Of a DNA stretch of 64,000 nucleotides, positions 30,861 to 40,657 are shown piece by piece (position 1 is the first letter of the stretch; every line of letters starts with the position of its first letter). This stretch comes from a virus. A program made the translations under genes and the position numbers. The notes beneath the pieces are model-generated. The model saw only the letters and a program-made list of their open reading frames with translations, searched no databases and had not been told where the DNA came from. Location of the stretch: positions 64,001-128,000 of the IMG/VR virus record IMGVR_UViG_3300034684_000299. The stretch is one strand, 5' to 3'.

Positions 30861-31627
30861 CTATGCCTCAAGATACAATTAAAATCCCTAATAGGTTTAT
30901 AAACGTTCGAGATGAAGTTCTCGAACGCTTTCCTTTTTTTATGAAGTTAATAAAAAAAACCATTGAATCTAATAAAAATGTTTTCGATGATAAGAAATTA
31001 ATATATCTTATATTGATGAACAATATTGTGTATAGAGGTCTTGATCCTAATACGTGTATAACTTTTCTATTTTCTAAAGATGAAACAACTAAAAAATTAA
31101 AGTATCAAACAAATGGACCTGAATATCATTTTTATCCATACTCTTATTTTTGGAAAGCTTCTATTCCTTATTTAGTAGAGCAAGAAGATGAAGATGATGT
31201 TTATTATTTTTTTGAAAGACTTAATGAAAGAACTAAACATCTATACAACCCTTTAAACAAAAAAATAAGAACTATTTTTCTAAAATCCAGATTAGTGAAA
31301 TTTATTGATGAATTGAGAGATATATATGGTAAAATAATTGAAGAAGAAATAATCGATCATTTGGATGATTTTATTCCCAAAATAGATTTTATAGATAGAA
31401 ATACGTTTTACAATGTTCCTAGCTTTGGAGGTTTTAGTGTTGATTATTTTCTGCAAATAGAAAGAAAAATAAAAAATATCATTGAAAATACCCACATTTT
31501 CGACATTTCAAATAAAAACAAACTAATAGAAAAACTCATAAAGATTTCTGCTAATACTCAATCCAAAATTTCTGATTCTTTAGTCGATATTCCTGAAAAG
31601 TATATAATAGATCTAGCAAAACTTTGA
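30857..31627 (+). CDS. Paralog family B member (about 255 aa)
   Basis: IKIPNRFI...RFPFFMKL N-terminus and YIIDLAKL C-terminus, matching four ORFs at 58-63 kb. Confidence 0.7.
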   Translation: MTMPQDTIKIPNRFINVRDEVLERFPFFMKLIKKTIESNKNVFDDKKLIYLILMNNIVYRGLDPNTCITFLFSKDETTKKLKYQTNGPEYHFYPYSYFWKASIPYLVEQEDEDDVYYFFERLNERTKHLYNPLNKKIRTIFLKSRLVKFIDELRDIYGKIIEEEIIDHLDDFIPKIDFIDRNTFYNVPSFGGFSVDYFLQIERKIKNIIENTHIFDISNKNKLIEKLIKISANTQSKISDSLVDIPEKYIIDLAKL

Positions 31628-31649
31628 TAAAACCCCCTGCTATTTTTAT

Positions 31650-31902
31650 GAAAATTCAGCGAGAACACTCTCCAATTTATTGGAGAGATGAAAGCTGAAA
31701 ATACAAGGCGAATTTAAGGCAAAAATCGTTGTTAATTACTTACGAATGTGATATAATTGTATTGCAGTTAGTTCCTGCTTAAAAGAACTCTACCCCAGGA
31801 ACTGGGGGATGTTAAGCCTTTGGAGACTGTGTAAGACGGGCATTCATTGTCGCAACGGTCGATGAATTAGGAAGCTTACCTCTTTAGAGGTAAGTAGTTC
31901 AC
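31650..31902 (+). mobile_element. Non-autonomous IS200/IS605-type element (PATE-like), copy 1
   Basis: 253 bp, two substitutions versus the copy at 52531-52783; subterminal hairpins with TTTA loops; 5' flank TTAT, 3' end TCAC. Confidence 0.85.
31729..31757 (+). promoter_or_regulatory. Internal sigma70 promoter of the PATE
   Basis: TTGTTA-17 nt-TATAAT with extended TG. Confidence 0.75.
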
Positions 31903-31918
31903 GTATTCTGGGGCAAAA
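31764..31918 (+). ncRNA. Stand-alone TnpB-type guide RNA (reRNA) with flank-derived guide
   Basis: 27-nt identity (GTTAAGCCTTTGGAGACTGTGTAAGAC) plus further blocks shared with the right end of the tnpB element at 44.6-44.76 kb; boundaries estimated. Confidence 0.7.
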
Positions 31919-31945
31919 CGAGCTCATCGCTTTGCCCTTTTTTTT
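31911..31945 (+). terminator. Intrinsic terminator
   Basis: GGGCAAA...TTTGCCC followed by T8. Confidence 0.7.
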
Positions 31946-34109
31946 ACTCATTTTTTGGAATTAGAACAAATGCTGTAAAAGGTAACCCAAAGTTATAAAC
32001 AGAAAATCCATTATTTTCAAATTGTCCAAAAGAATAACCTAAATGGTTCAATTGTTCTTGGTTATATTCAAAAGAATATTTATATATTGCATCGCTAAAT
32101 GATTTAGTTCTATAAGAACCAATAGCTTTAAAAATTTCATCTTCATTCATTGTACCTATTGTAAATGAAGGAGATATGTATCCTTTACCATCTATATTAT
32201 AATCTGAATTGGATACATTTAATCTATTAACAACCATCTGCGATTTTATCGGTTCCATTAAAAATTGTATGTACAAATCCTTTTGCCCTGTAACTTGTTG
32301 TATTTTCTGCAAAATAAACGACTCAGGTATTATATATATAGACACATTTAAAGCTGATTGTGCCATACACGCTTCTATTTGTTGTCTTAACGAAGCATTT
32401 ATAGAAAATTTTAAAGGAACATTGTAATCGTATACTGTCGTATTGTAACCTACACCATTAACAGTAATATGTGATAAGTTAGGTAAATACATTTGCCCTT
32501 TAGTTTCTGATTTATATAAGTCTAAATTAAATACTGGGTTAACTACTTTATTGTATGCAGTTTTTATATTGTATCTGAAAATACCTAATTTATATTTTAA
32601 ATCGTGGTCTTGAATACCTCTTGCACTATCAATGGAAAAATTTTTTGGCACGAAAATATCATTGGCTATAATTTTATTTATATATAAATTTTCATGCATA
32701 TGATATCTTGGAGATATGTCTTTTGGTTCATATGTTTCATTATAAACGTCAGTTAATTTTGCCGAATATCTATGCTTCATACCCATTTGTGAATAATCTG
32801 GATGTTCATGAGTATACTCTGATATAACACTTGGTTGCATGGAACCTTCGAGATACGTTTTAGATTTTTCAAAAACATTTTCCATTTCAAATAATGTTTC
32901 TATAGCGGTTACTGAATTTATTGTATCTTTCAATACAGGTAATACTGCTTTACCTTCTTTGACATCATAATATTCACTATTTACTACTATATAACCATTT
33001 ACAAGATCTTTTATCTCATATTCACCTAATAAACTGCTTACATTACTTTGAACTATATAATAAATTTCTTCATCAGAATTTATCCCTCTTACACAAATTC
33101 CTTCATCTACATATTCAAACTTTTCTCTATCACTAACCAATTCTAATGTCTTTTTCTGACCTCTATCATTGAATACTTCCATTATATTTTTTACAAAAGA
33201 TTTTGGTAAATCTATCAACCAAATATCTCTACCTAAATATTCTTTTTGTATTTTAAAACCAATAGAAGATCCAGGTAAAATATTTCCTATATCTTTAGTT
33301 AGCAATAGATTCCCATTGTCATAAGTTAAATCTATAATTTCAGCCATTAAATCAACATTGTTCAAATACAATCTATACAAAGCATAATCTCTTTCAACAA
33401 AATTACCTAATATTTTTTTTAATTTCATCACTTCAGCATATTTAGTACTGTACAAATAATTGTATTTAACTTCTTGCACATGCAATGTCCTATAATAATT
33501 CCTATTAAAGAAAAATAAATTTTTATCAATAAATCCTGTGTACTCTTCCCCATTAACTTTTAATACATATTTATTGTTTGGATAATCTTTTATATTATTT
33601 ATAACTTTGTATCCAATTCCTTTGTTAGCTTCTAAATCTTCCTTTTCAAATAATATCTTTTGTTCTTTCAAGTAGTAATCATGTTTATGTTCCTTGCTTT
33701 CAGGAACAAACTCAACATAATTTGAATTTGTTAAATAATTCCTATCTACAACAGTTAAAACTTTTTGATTAATATATTTTGAATGATCATGTTTTACAGG
33801 AAGAAAATCAGTAGAAAAAAATTGTCTCCCAGATCTGTTAAGTAAACCTTTTGTAGTATAAGGAACTATATTTTTTGGCAAAAACATAGTATGTTTATGA
33901 TCTTCTAGACTAAATTTTGTATTACCCATATTAACATTTGATGTTTTAGTAGTTTTTAAATTCTTATCCACTACAAGGGATATCAATTGCATTATAAGAC
34001 TATGTGCTTTTTTTATTATCCATAAAAATCTTCCTACTATGGCGACCACCCCTTCTCTAGCAAAATTATACCAAAGACAGAAAAAAAAAGAAGTGAAGAG
34101 CACTACCAC
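31944..34109 (-). CDS. Displaced His-x-His repeat fibre-like paralog
   Basis: Five H-x-H motifs; FVPKNFSIDSARG and NFGLPFT blocks shared with the 21-27 kb proteins; start uncertain. Confidence 0.6.
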   Translation of the reverse strand: MVVLFTSFFFCLWYNFAREGVVAIVGRFLWIIKKAHSLIMQLISLVVDKNLKTTKTSNVNMGNTKFSLEDHKHTMFLPKNIVPYTTKGLLNRSGRQFFSTDFLPVKHDHSKYINQKVLTVVDRNYLTNSNYVEFVPESKEHKHDYYLKEQKILFEKEDLEANKGIGYKVINNIKDYPNNKYVLKVNGEEYTGFIDKNLFFFNRNYYRTLHVQEVKYNYLYSTKYAEVMKLKKILGNFVERDYALYRLYLNNVDLMAEIIDLTYDNGNLLLTKDIGNILPGSSIGFKIQKEYLGRDIWLIDLPKSFVKNIMEVFNDRGQKKTLELVSDREKFEYVDEGICVRGINSDEEIYYIVQSNVSSLLGEYEIKDLVNGYIVVNSEYYDVKEGKAVLPVLKDTINSVTAIETLFEMENVFEKSKTYLEGSMQPSVISEYTHEHPDYSQMGMKHRYSAKLTDVYNETYEPKDISPRYHMHENLYINKIIANDIFVPKNFSIDSARGIQDHDLKYKLGIFRYNIKTAYNKVVNPVFNLDLYKSETKGQMYLPNLSHITVNGVGYNTTVYDYNVPLKFSINASLRQQIEACMAQSALNVSIYIIPESFILQKIQQVTGQKDLYIQFLMEPIKSQMVVNRLNVSNSDYNIDGKGYISPSFTIGTMNEDEIFKAIGSYRTKSFSDAIYKYSFEYNQEQLNHLGYSFGQFENNGFSVYNFGLPFTAFVLIPKNE

Positions 34110-34135
34110 TCTTCACTTTAAGAAGAAAAAAGAGA

Positions 34136-37100
34136 TCACAAACACTTAGAATTGCCACAACTCAAGCAGGTTACACACCCCTCCGCATATTGTAAACTGT
34201 TTATTGCCCCACACACAGGGCATACTGAATTTCCTTCCTCATCAATATAAACATGATTTTTAGAATCATATTTCATATCTTTCATTTCTTCTTTTGTATA
34301 ATGTGTTTTCTTATTTACTTCTTTTTTGAAATATAATCTTGGTATATCTTTGATTATATTTTCCATTTCTTCTCCTATAGTTTTTGCATAAGTTCCTTTA
34401 GTCTTTTTTAGTTGTTTTATTATTTCGTCTGGGGACACACCAGCTCTTAAGGATATAGAAGCCAATCTACCAATGATCTCAGCAGTTTCATGACCATTGG
34501 ATAAAAAAATTTCTGATGGTGAGAAATTTTCTGGGTCTATTGTAATATTCATGTATGTCGTACCTTCTTGTGTTTTTACTTTTTTCGTTATACTTGGCAT
34601 AGTTTCTAATCTTGGTTTTGGTACAATTTTCTGTTTTTGATCCAAAAAGAAAGTAAATCCATCTACAGTATGTTTAGATTTTTTTGGTTCTTTACTTTTA
34701 GTAGTCAAAACTTGTGTTTGCAAACTACCATCTCTATAAATAGTAATACCTTTGACAAAATGTTTCATAGCTTGCAAATATATATCTTTAATATCTTCTA
34801 CTGTTGCTTCCTTTGGCATATTTATGGTTTTAGATACAGAAGCGTCTATATACTCTTGAAACGCTACTTGCATATATAAATGATCTATTGGTTTTATAGT
34901 TTGAGCAGTAACAAAAACCTTTTTCAGTTTTTCATCGATTTTATCTGAATACATAAGATTGTTCAAATCCATTATATCTTCTTCAAGTTTAGCTAGCTTA
35001 GGTACTTCTTTATAATTTTCAACTTTAGCAGCTTCACTTTGAAATTCTTCAACCTTATTCATTATTTCATTGTAATACTCTATATCTGTTTCTTTTAAAA
35101 ATGATTTTAATTCGTTGTTGATGTAAATTAGTGGTACTCTTTTGCCATCTTTATTAAGCATAAATCTGGTATATACCAAAGCAAAATTTGGTTCTAATCC
35201 AGAAGAGACATCAGCTAAATTAGATATAGACCCTGTTGGAGCTATTGTATTCAATTGAACATTCCTTTTATATTTTTTACCATCTGTTGAAAAATGTTCT
35301 ATTATTTTTTCGTTCAATCTTTTCAAATTATCAGTAAGGTCAGCTATCTCATCTGAATCTGTATGTAAAGGAAATGGAATATGTCCTTGCGGATATTTAG
35401 ACTTATCAAAATCAAGAAAATTACCTTTCTCTTTTGCTATTTCAGAACTTGCAACATGTGATAAATAAGATATAGCAGCTTGCATTTCCACCGCAATATT
35501 TCTAGCTTCTTTACTATCATATGGTATTCTTTTATTGTACAACATATCCGCAAATCCCATTATACCGAGTCCTAAAAATCTTTGTTCCCTAGCAGTTTTT
35601 TCTATTTCTTCTAAAGGATACACATTCATGGTAACAACGTCATCTAAAAACATAATGGTGTATCCTACTATTTCTTTAAATTTTTCAAAATCTGGAGTAC
35701 CTATTTTATAAAACTCTGGTAATTTCTCATTTATTATTTTCACATTCAAACTACCTAAATTACAAGATCCATGATTTGGTAATGGTTCTTCACCACAGTT
35801 GTGACATACCAATCCATTGACTACACCTGCATGTGTTTTTTCCATAGAAAAGTCATACACAGGTTCAATATCGTTCTGTACAATTTCAACCACTTTTGGT
35901 GAATTTTCTCTTATTGATTCTTTCACAGAATCTCTGTACTCTATATCAAAATAAGATTTGTATAAGATTTTTCTACCTAACATGTTACTAGCACTTTTCC
36001 AATTCAATGTCTCAGCATCATATACCTTATGGTCAGGAGTAACTCTTAATTCTTTGCCATTACTGAGCTTTAATGTTATTGTGTTCTTAGTTCCTGTTTT
36101 AAATACTTTTGATTTTACAAACTCTTTATCAAAAGGTGACCATACCATCACCGTTTGCCCGTCTAGTTCACCTATACTTATTTCACCTTTATCTGTTAAT
36201 AGTTTCTCATTATAAGCAAAACATGGATTTGTAGCAGTAACTGGAGTATTGTCTGAATTAGCATAATATTTGTTATGTCTGCCTAAGAACAATAAACCAG
36301 GATCACCAGTACCCCAAGCATTTTTTGAAATAATATCCAAAAATTCTCTTGCTGATACTTCTTTGTATTTTTGTCCATTAAAAACTAAGCTGAATTTATC
36401 ATCATGTTCATATTTATCTAAAAAGCTTTCTGGATCATCTATATTAACCGATATATTGAAATACGATAGTACACTATTACCATCGTTATTCTTTTTAGAG
36501 TTAATAAAATCCATAATATCGGGATGGTCATATCTCATTACAGCCATCTGTGCTGCTCGCCTTTTACCACCCTGTTGTATAGTAGAAGCGGTTGCATTGT
36601 ACACCTGCATAAAAGAAATAGGTCCTGAAGAATATCCAGAAGTACCATGTACTAATGCCCCTTTTGGTCTTAACACGCTGAAATCATACCCAACACCACC
36701 ACCATATTTCAATATAAGAGCTGCTTTTTTTGCATAATCAAATATACCTTCCATTGAATCGTCTTCAGTATAACTGACAAAACATGCCGATAACATATCG
36801 TGTCTATTGCGAGATTCATATATGAGCTCGTAATCCTTTAAACTCATCTCTTTTATATCTTTTTGGAACCATTCAATCGGCATAGCTTCTCCAGCATTAA
36901 ATAAAGTAGGAGAATTTGGAAGAAATATTCTTTTATTTATTAATTCATAATATATTTCTTCTTTTACCTTTATACGTTCCAAAAGTTCGTCATCTTCTAA
37001 TTCACTATCTACACCTTCTGCCGCCGCTATATATCTAGCCACTCTTCTTGCAACATCGCTCCATGTACTTTCAACATATTTGTCATTTCTCTTTGCAAAA

Positions 37101-37168
37101 TATCTGTCTTTTAAAATCTCTTGTGCATTTTCCGATACTAAATAATCATCAAATATATTTAACATCAA
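34136..37168 (-). CDS. nrdJ: Class II (B12-dependent) ribonucleotide reductase with intein
   Basis: PNSPTL, MLSAC, NP-C-GE active site split by an intein, TIAPTGSIS, GITIYRDGS, C-terminal Zn ribbon; no NrdB nearby. Confidence 0.9.
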   Translation of the reverse strand: MMLNIFDDYLVSENAQEILKDRYFAKRNDKYVESTWSDVARRVARYIAAAEGVDSELEDDELLERIKVKEEIYYELINKRIFLPNSPTLFNAGEAMPIEWFQKDIKEMSLKDYELIYESRNRHDMLSACFVSYTEDDSMEGIFDYAKKAALILKYGGGVGYDFSVLRPKGALVHGTSGYSSGPISFMQVYNATASTIQQGGKRRAAQMAVMRYDHPDIMDFINSKKNNDGNSVLSYFNISVNIDDPESFLDKYEHDDKFSLVFNGQKYKEVSAREFLDIISKNAWGTGDPGLLFLGRHNKYYANSDNTPVTATNPCFAYNEKLLTDKGEISIGELDGQTVMVWSPFDKEFVKSKVFKTGTKNTITLKLSNGKELRVTPDHKVYDAETLNWKSASNMLGRKILYKSYFDIEYRDSVKESIRENSPKVVEIVQNDIEPVYDFSMEKTHAGVVNGLVCHNCGEEPLPNHGSCNLGSLNVKIINEKLPEFYKIGTPDFEKFKEIVGYTIMFLDDVVTMNVYPLEEIEKTAREQRFLGLGIMGFADMLYNKRIPYDSKEARNIAVEMQAAISYLSHVASSEIAKEKGNFLDFDKSKYPQGHIPFPLHTDSDEIADLTDNLKRLNEKIIEHFSTDGKKYKRNVQLNTIAPTGSISNLADVSSGLEPNFALVYTRFMLNKDGKRVPLIYINNELKSFLKETDIEYYNEIMNKVEEFQSEAAKVENYKEVPKLAKLEEDIMDLNNLMYSDKIDEKLKKVFVTAQTIKPIDHLYMQVAFQEYIDASVSKTINMPKEATVEDIKDIYLQAMKHFVKGITIYRDGSLQTQVLTTKSKEPKKSKHTVDGFTFFLDQKQKIVPKPRLETMPSITKKVKTQEGTTYMNITIDPENFSPSEIFLSNGHETAEIIGRLASISLRAGVSPDEIIKQLKKTKGTYAKTIGEEMENIIKDIPRLYFKKEVNKKTHYTKEEMKDMKYDSKNHVYIDEEGNSVCPVCGAINSLQYAEGCVTCLSCGNSKCL
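35798..36223 (-). mobile_element. Mini-intein (142 aa) in NrdJ
   Basis: Starts CFAY, block B TPDH, ends VCHN followed by Cys+1; no endonuclease domain. Confidence 0.9.
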
Positions 37169-37198
37169 CTATAGCCTCCTTGTTTTTAGATAAAAAAA

Positions 37199-37789
37199 TT
37201 AGAATCCTAATATTTCTCTTGCTTTAAAAATTAATTTTTCAATTGGTTCTTCACCATTAAGAAAGTAGAAAATGCGTGAAGGAAAGATTTTCGGAAGTTG
37301 CCTGTAGTATTTAAGTAATTCCGAAAGCTCTGCTTCTTTGAAGTCTTTTTCTATCATATCAAATTCCTTTCTATGATTCATCCTAGATATAACTGTTTCT
37401 AAAGAAACATCAACAATAAAGGTTAATTGCGGAATTAAAAAAATATCTTCACCTAACATCATTACTTTATCAACACCAAATTCATCCTTTAATCCTTGAT
37501 ATACCACAGTAGAATCTATATATCTATCCATAATAACTATTTTATCTTCTCTTTCTTGTTTTAGTATTTCACGTTTTAGAGATGCTTTTACAGCTAATAT
37601 GGAATATAACCTTTCCTCTTTTGTGGTTTCATTTTCTTTCAAATATTTTCTGAGATATTCTCCTAATTTAGTAGTACCTGGATCTCTCAATACAACCGCA
37701 TTGACACCTGAATTATTTAAAGAATCACACAACTTGTTCGATAACAAAGTTTTACCTGCAGCTTCGACTCCTTCTATGCTTATCAACAT
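37199..37789 (-). CDS. tmk: Thymidylate kinase
   Basis: IEGVEAAGKT P-loop, RDPG, MDRYIDSTVVYQG. Confidence 0.9.
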   Translation of the reverse strand: MLISIEGVEAAGKTLLSNKLCDSLNNSGVNAVVLRDPGTTKLGEYLRKYLKENETTKEERLYSILAVKASLKREILKQEREDKIVIMDRYIDSTVVYQGLKDEFGVDKVMMLGEDIFLIPQLTFIVDVSLETVISRMNHRKEFDMIEKDFKEAELSELLKYYRQLPKIFPSRIFYFLNGEEPIEKLIFKAREILGF

Positions 37790-38024
37790 TTTGTTCCTCC
37801 TACTTCAAATAAAAAATAAGTTAGCGTTTTAATTATATCAATCCAGATTGTAATCTTTAGATTTTTAAGAATTTAAATTACCCTTTTAAAAATTGACTTT
37901 TTTATGATATAATTATACTATGTTTTTCTAAAAAAAGCAAGATTATTCTCTGTTAATGCATGAAATCTTCTTTAACTTTTTTTATCTTTTTGCTATTTGT
38001 CTTTAACTTTGAAATTTCATTATT

Positions 38025-38040
38025 TTTTGGTATATATATT
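38025..38040 (+). promoter_or_regulatory. Repeated TTTTGGTATATAT promoter motif
   Basis: Upstream of the 38094 ORF. Confidence 0.65.
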
Positions 38041-38093
38041 TTAATTTAGAAGGGGTTTATTATTCAAAAACAAATATAAGGAGGTAAGCAAGT

Positions 38094-38957
38094 ATGATAA
38101 TAAGATTATTTGATGGGAAAGCAAGAGTAGGAATTTCTGGTGAATATTTAGTATATCAATCCGATTTTGCTGATCACATGGTAATTTCTGCAAAATATGG
38201 TAAGCCGAAAGGGTTGATGTGGGACCCAAACGATAAGGCATGGAAAATAGGTTTAGACAACACAGTAGCTTTGATGGATTTCATCAATTGGCTAGAACAG
38301 AGTCAGCAAGACGCATTCGCTGTGCAAGAGTTGATAGAAAATGCACAGAATAAAAAGTTCAATAGTAAAAAATCAAGCTTTTTAGATCTAATCTGGAGAA
38401 ATCCAAAAGTGAAAGAGAGATTTAAACAGTTAAATTCGTTTGAATCTTTTATGAATTATATTGATACAGCTTCCATAATAACAGGCGAATTCTTTGTGTT
38501 TTATGAAAATTATAAGACTTTCTTCGTTTTAGAAATAGTAGCAGAAGAAGGTAAAGTATTAATTTTCAAGCATGAACTTATAGACAATGCTTCTGTAGTT
38601 CTATCTGTTTCTACACAAATATTACCTGTAAGTGGAAGTATAAATTTTGTAGCTTCTTATGTCTTGAAAAATTATTCCGACATCTATTTTGATACTAGCA
38701 TAGTTGTTTATAGGTTCCCAAAACCCGAAGTAACAGATGCTATGGTGTTAGAAGACTTACAATTGACTAACCAAGGAAAAACTGAACTGGCAACCACTGA
38801 AACAGAAAATGAAAATGAAAGTAAGGTAAGTAACTCTGAAGTAAGTAACTCTGAAGTAAGTAAAAATGAAAAAAATATAATAACTCAAAATGCACTTCAA
38901 GAAAAAACTAAATGGTATCAACCACAAGATGAGGAAATGAGAGTTGAATATGAGTGA
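38094..38957 (+). CDS. Hypothetical protein
   Basis: 287-aa ORF with AAGGAGG SD. Confidence 0.65.
   Translation: MIIRLFDGKARVGISGEYLVYQSDFADHMVISAKYGKPKGLMWDPNDKAWKIGLDNTVALMDFINWLEQSQQDAFAVQELIENAQNKKFNSKKSSFLDLIWRNPKVKERFKQLNSFESFMNYIDTASIITGEFFVFYENYKTFFVLEIVAEEGKVLIFKHELIDNASVVLSVSTQILPVSGSINFVASYVLKNYSDIYFDTSIVVYRFPKPEVTDAMVLEDLQLTNQGKTELATTETENENESKVSNSEVSNSEVSKNEKNIITQNALQEKTKWYQPQDEEMRVEYE
38826..38863 (+). repeat. In-frame 15-bp tandem repeat (about 2.5 copies)
   Basis: GTAAGTAACTCTGAA x2 plus GTAAGTAA, encoding VSNSE repeats. Confidence 0.8.
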
Positions 38958-38989
38958 TTTTCTGCCCTTTTTGGGCAGATTCTCTTTTT

Positions 38990-39270
38990 TCAAACAAGGA
39001 GGTAAGTCAACTACCCCACCCTATAGAGGGTGGAGCTTGTGATTAACAAGCTCAGTTGATTAGCCTCAGCCAGGGGGTATTAACCCTATCGGGCTACGTT
39101 ATATGGGAATATATAGTCACCATAGGATGCTCCACAAGTCCTATGCTCTGAGGGCAGTGGTTAAACATATCTGAGGGTAGGAGAAGTGCTGCTGCCATAC
39201 AAAACCCCATATAACATTGGCGATGTGGACTTACCACTACTTTGTAGTGAGTTATTACTCTTTAAGGAGG
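38990..39270 (+). ncRNA. omegaRNA of IscB (5' guide from the flank)
   Basis: Structured non-coding leader of about 260 nt with CTACGTTA and TAACATTGGCGATG blocks typical of IscB leaders. Confidence 0.7.
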
Positions 39271-40634
39271 GTTAATGTGGTATTTGTAATATCTAAAGAA
39301 GGTAAACCTTTAATGCCTACTAAAAATCATGCTAAAGTTAGAATACTACTAAAACACAAGAAAGCTAAAGTTATTAGAAGAAAACCATTTACTATTCAGC
39401 TTCTATATGAAACCACTACCTATACACAGCCTATTATACTTGGAATAGATAGTGGCTACAGTTATATTGGTTTTTCTGCTATTACTGAAAAGGAAGAACT
39501 AATATGTGGCGAAGTTAAACTAAGAAATGATATATCTGAGCTTCTTAAAGAAAGACGGATGTATCGTAGAATTAGGCGCAATAGACTTAGATATAGGAAA
39601 CCTAGATTTGATAACAGAATTTCATCTAAGAAAGAAGGTTGGTTAGCGCCCTCTATTAAACACAAGTTAGATTCTCATGTTAGGTTTATTAATTATCTTA
39701 AAAAGATATTGCCTATAGCTAACATAGTTGTAGAAGTGGCAAATTTTGATACTCATAAACTTAAAAACCCAAACGTAGTTGGTAAAGGTTATCAACAAGG
39801 TGAACAACAAGATTTTTGGAATGTAAGAGAATACGTTCTGTATAGAGATAATTATACCTGCCAGCTATGTGGCAAGAAAAACACCATACTTGAGGTACAT
39901 CATATAGGCTATTGGAAACAAGATAGAACAGATAGACCAGGCAATCTAATAACATTATGCACCAAATGCCACAATCCTAATAATCATAAAGAGGGAGGTA
40001 AATTGTATGGAATGAAGCCTGTTCAAAAACCATTAAAAGACGCAACATTTATGTCTACTATAAGATGGAAATTGGTCAATGCGCTGATGTGTGACTACAC
40101 TTACGGTTATATTACAAAATCCAAAAGAGTAAGTCTTGGTTTGGAAAAGACACATTATAACGATGCATTTTGCATAGCAGGTGGAATTAATCAACAGAGA
40201 ATAGAGCCTATCTATTTTGAGCAAATTAGGAGAAACAATCGTTCACTCGAAAAGTTCTATGATGCAAAATATGTTGATATAAGAGATAAGTCTATTAAAC
40301 CAGGACAAGAGCTTTTCTGTGGTAGAAGGACACGGAACAAAAACTTAAATGAAGAAAATCTTCATAAGTATCGTGGAGCTAAAAAATCAAAAGGCAGAAG
40401 AAATATTCGTAAGCAAAGATACGCTTATCAGCCTAAAGATATCGTTATCTTTAAGGGCAAAAAATATTCAGTTCAAGGTGTACAGAACAAAGGTAAATAT
40501 ATTAAGCTAATGGAAATGTCTAAGCCAGTCAAAACAGATTTAGTTAAGCCCTATATGTTTAGGAAAGGATTTAGTATGTTTTATAACTGCAATTCATCCC
40601 CCACTTACAGAAGTGGGAGTCTTCTTGCAGGAAA
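39006..40634 (+). mobile_element. IscB-encoding IS200/605-superfamily element
   Basis: Starts GTCAACTACCCC with a hairpin; right-end hairpin CCCACTT-acag-AAGTGGG; right boundary approximate. Confidence 0.8.
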
Positions 40635-40638
40635 ATGA
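39277..40638 (+). CDS. iscB: IscB RNA-guided endonuclease (RuvC + HNH)
   Basis: PLMP motif, RuvC-I GIDSG, Arg-rich RRMYRRIRRNRLRYRKPRF helix, HNH CQLCG..EVHH..LCTKCH; GTG start after AAGGAGG. Confidence 0.9.
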   Translation: MVFVISKEGKPLMPTKNHAKVRILLKHKKAKVIRRKPFTIQLLYETTTYTQPIILGIDSGYSYIGFSAITEKEELICGEVKLRNDISELLKERRMYRRIRRNRLRYRKPRFDNRISSKKEGWLAPSIKHKLDSHVRFINYLKKILPIANIVVEVANFDTHKLKNPNVVGKGYQQGEQQDFWNVREYVLYRDNYTCQLCGKKNTILEVHHIGYWKQDRTDRPGNLITLCTKCHNPNNHKEGGKLYGMKPVQKPLKDATFMSTIRWKLVNALMCDYTYGYITKSKRVSLGLEKTHYNDAFCIAGGINQQRIEPIYFEQIRRNNRSLEKFYDAKYVDIRDKSIKPGQELFCGRRTRNKNLNEENLHKYRGAKKSKGRRNIRKQRYAYQPKDIVIFKGKKYSVQGVQNKGKYIKLMEMSKPVKTDLVKPYMFRKGFSMFYNCNSSPTYRSGSLLAGK

Positions 40639-40657
40639 AAAAAAAGGAGATGTTTTT

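Noticed and set aside
20122-34109. Diversity-generating retroelement acting on the fibre genes
   Set aside because: No reverse transcriptase, and no near-identical template/variable repeat pair differing at adenines was noticed.
37169-37198. Cobalamin riboswitch or NrdR box for nrdJ
   Set aside because: Only 30 bp separate tmk and nrdJ, and no such motif is visible.
39217-39276. Extended N-terminus of IscB in the ORF track
   Set aside because: It lies in the omegaRNA; the SD and the PLMP position point to GTG 39277.
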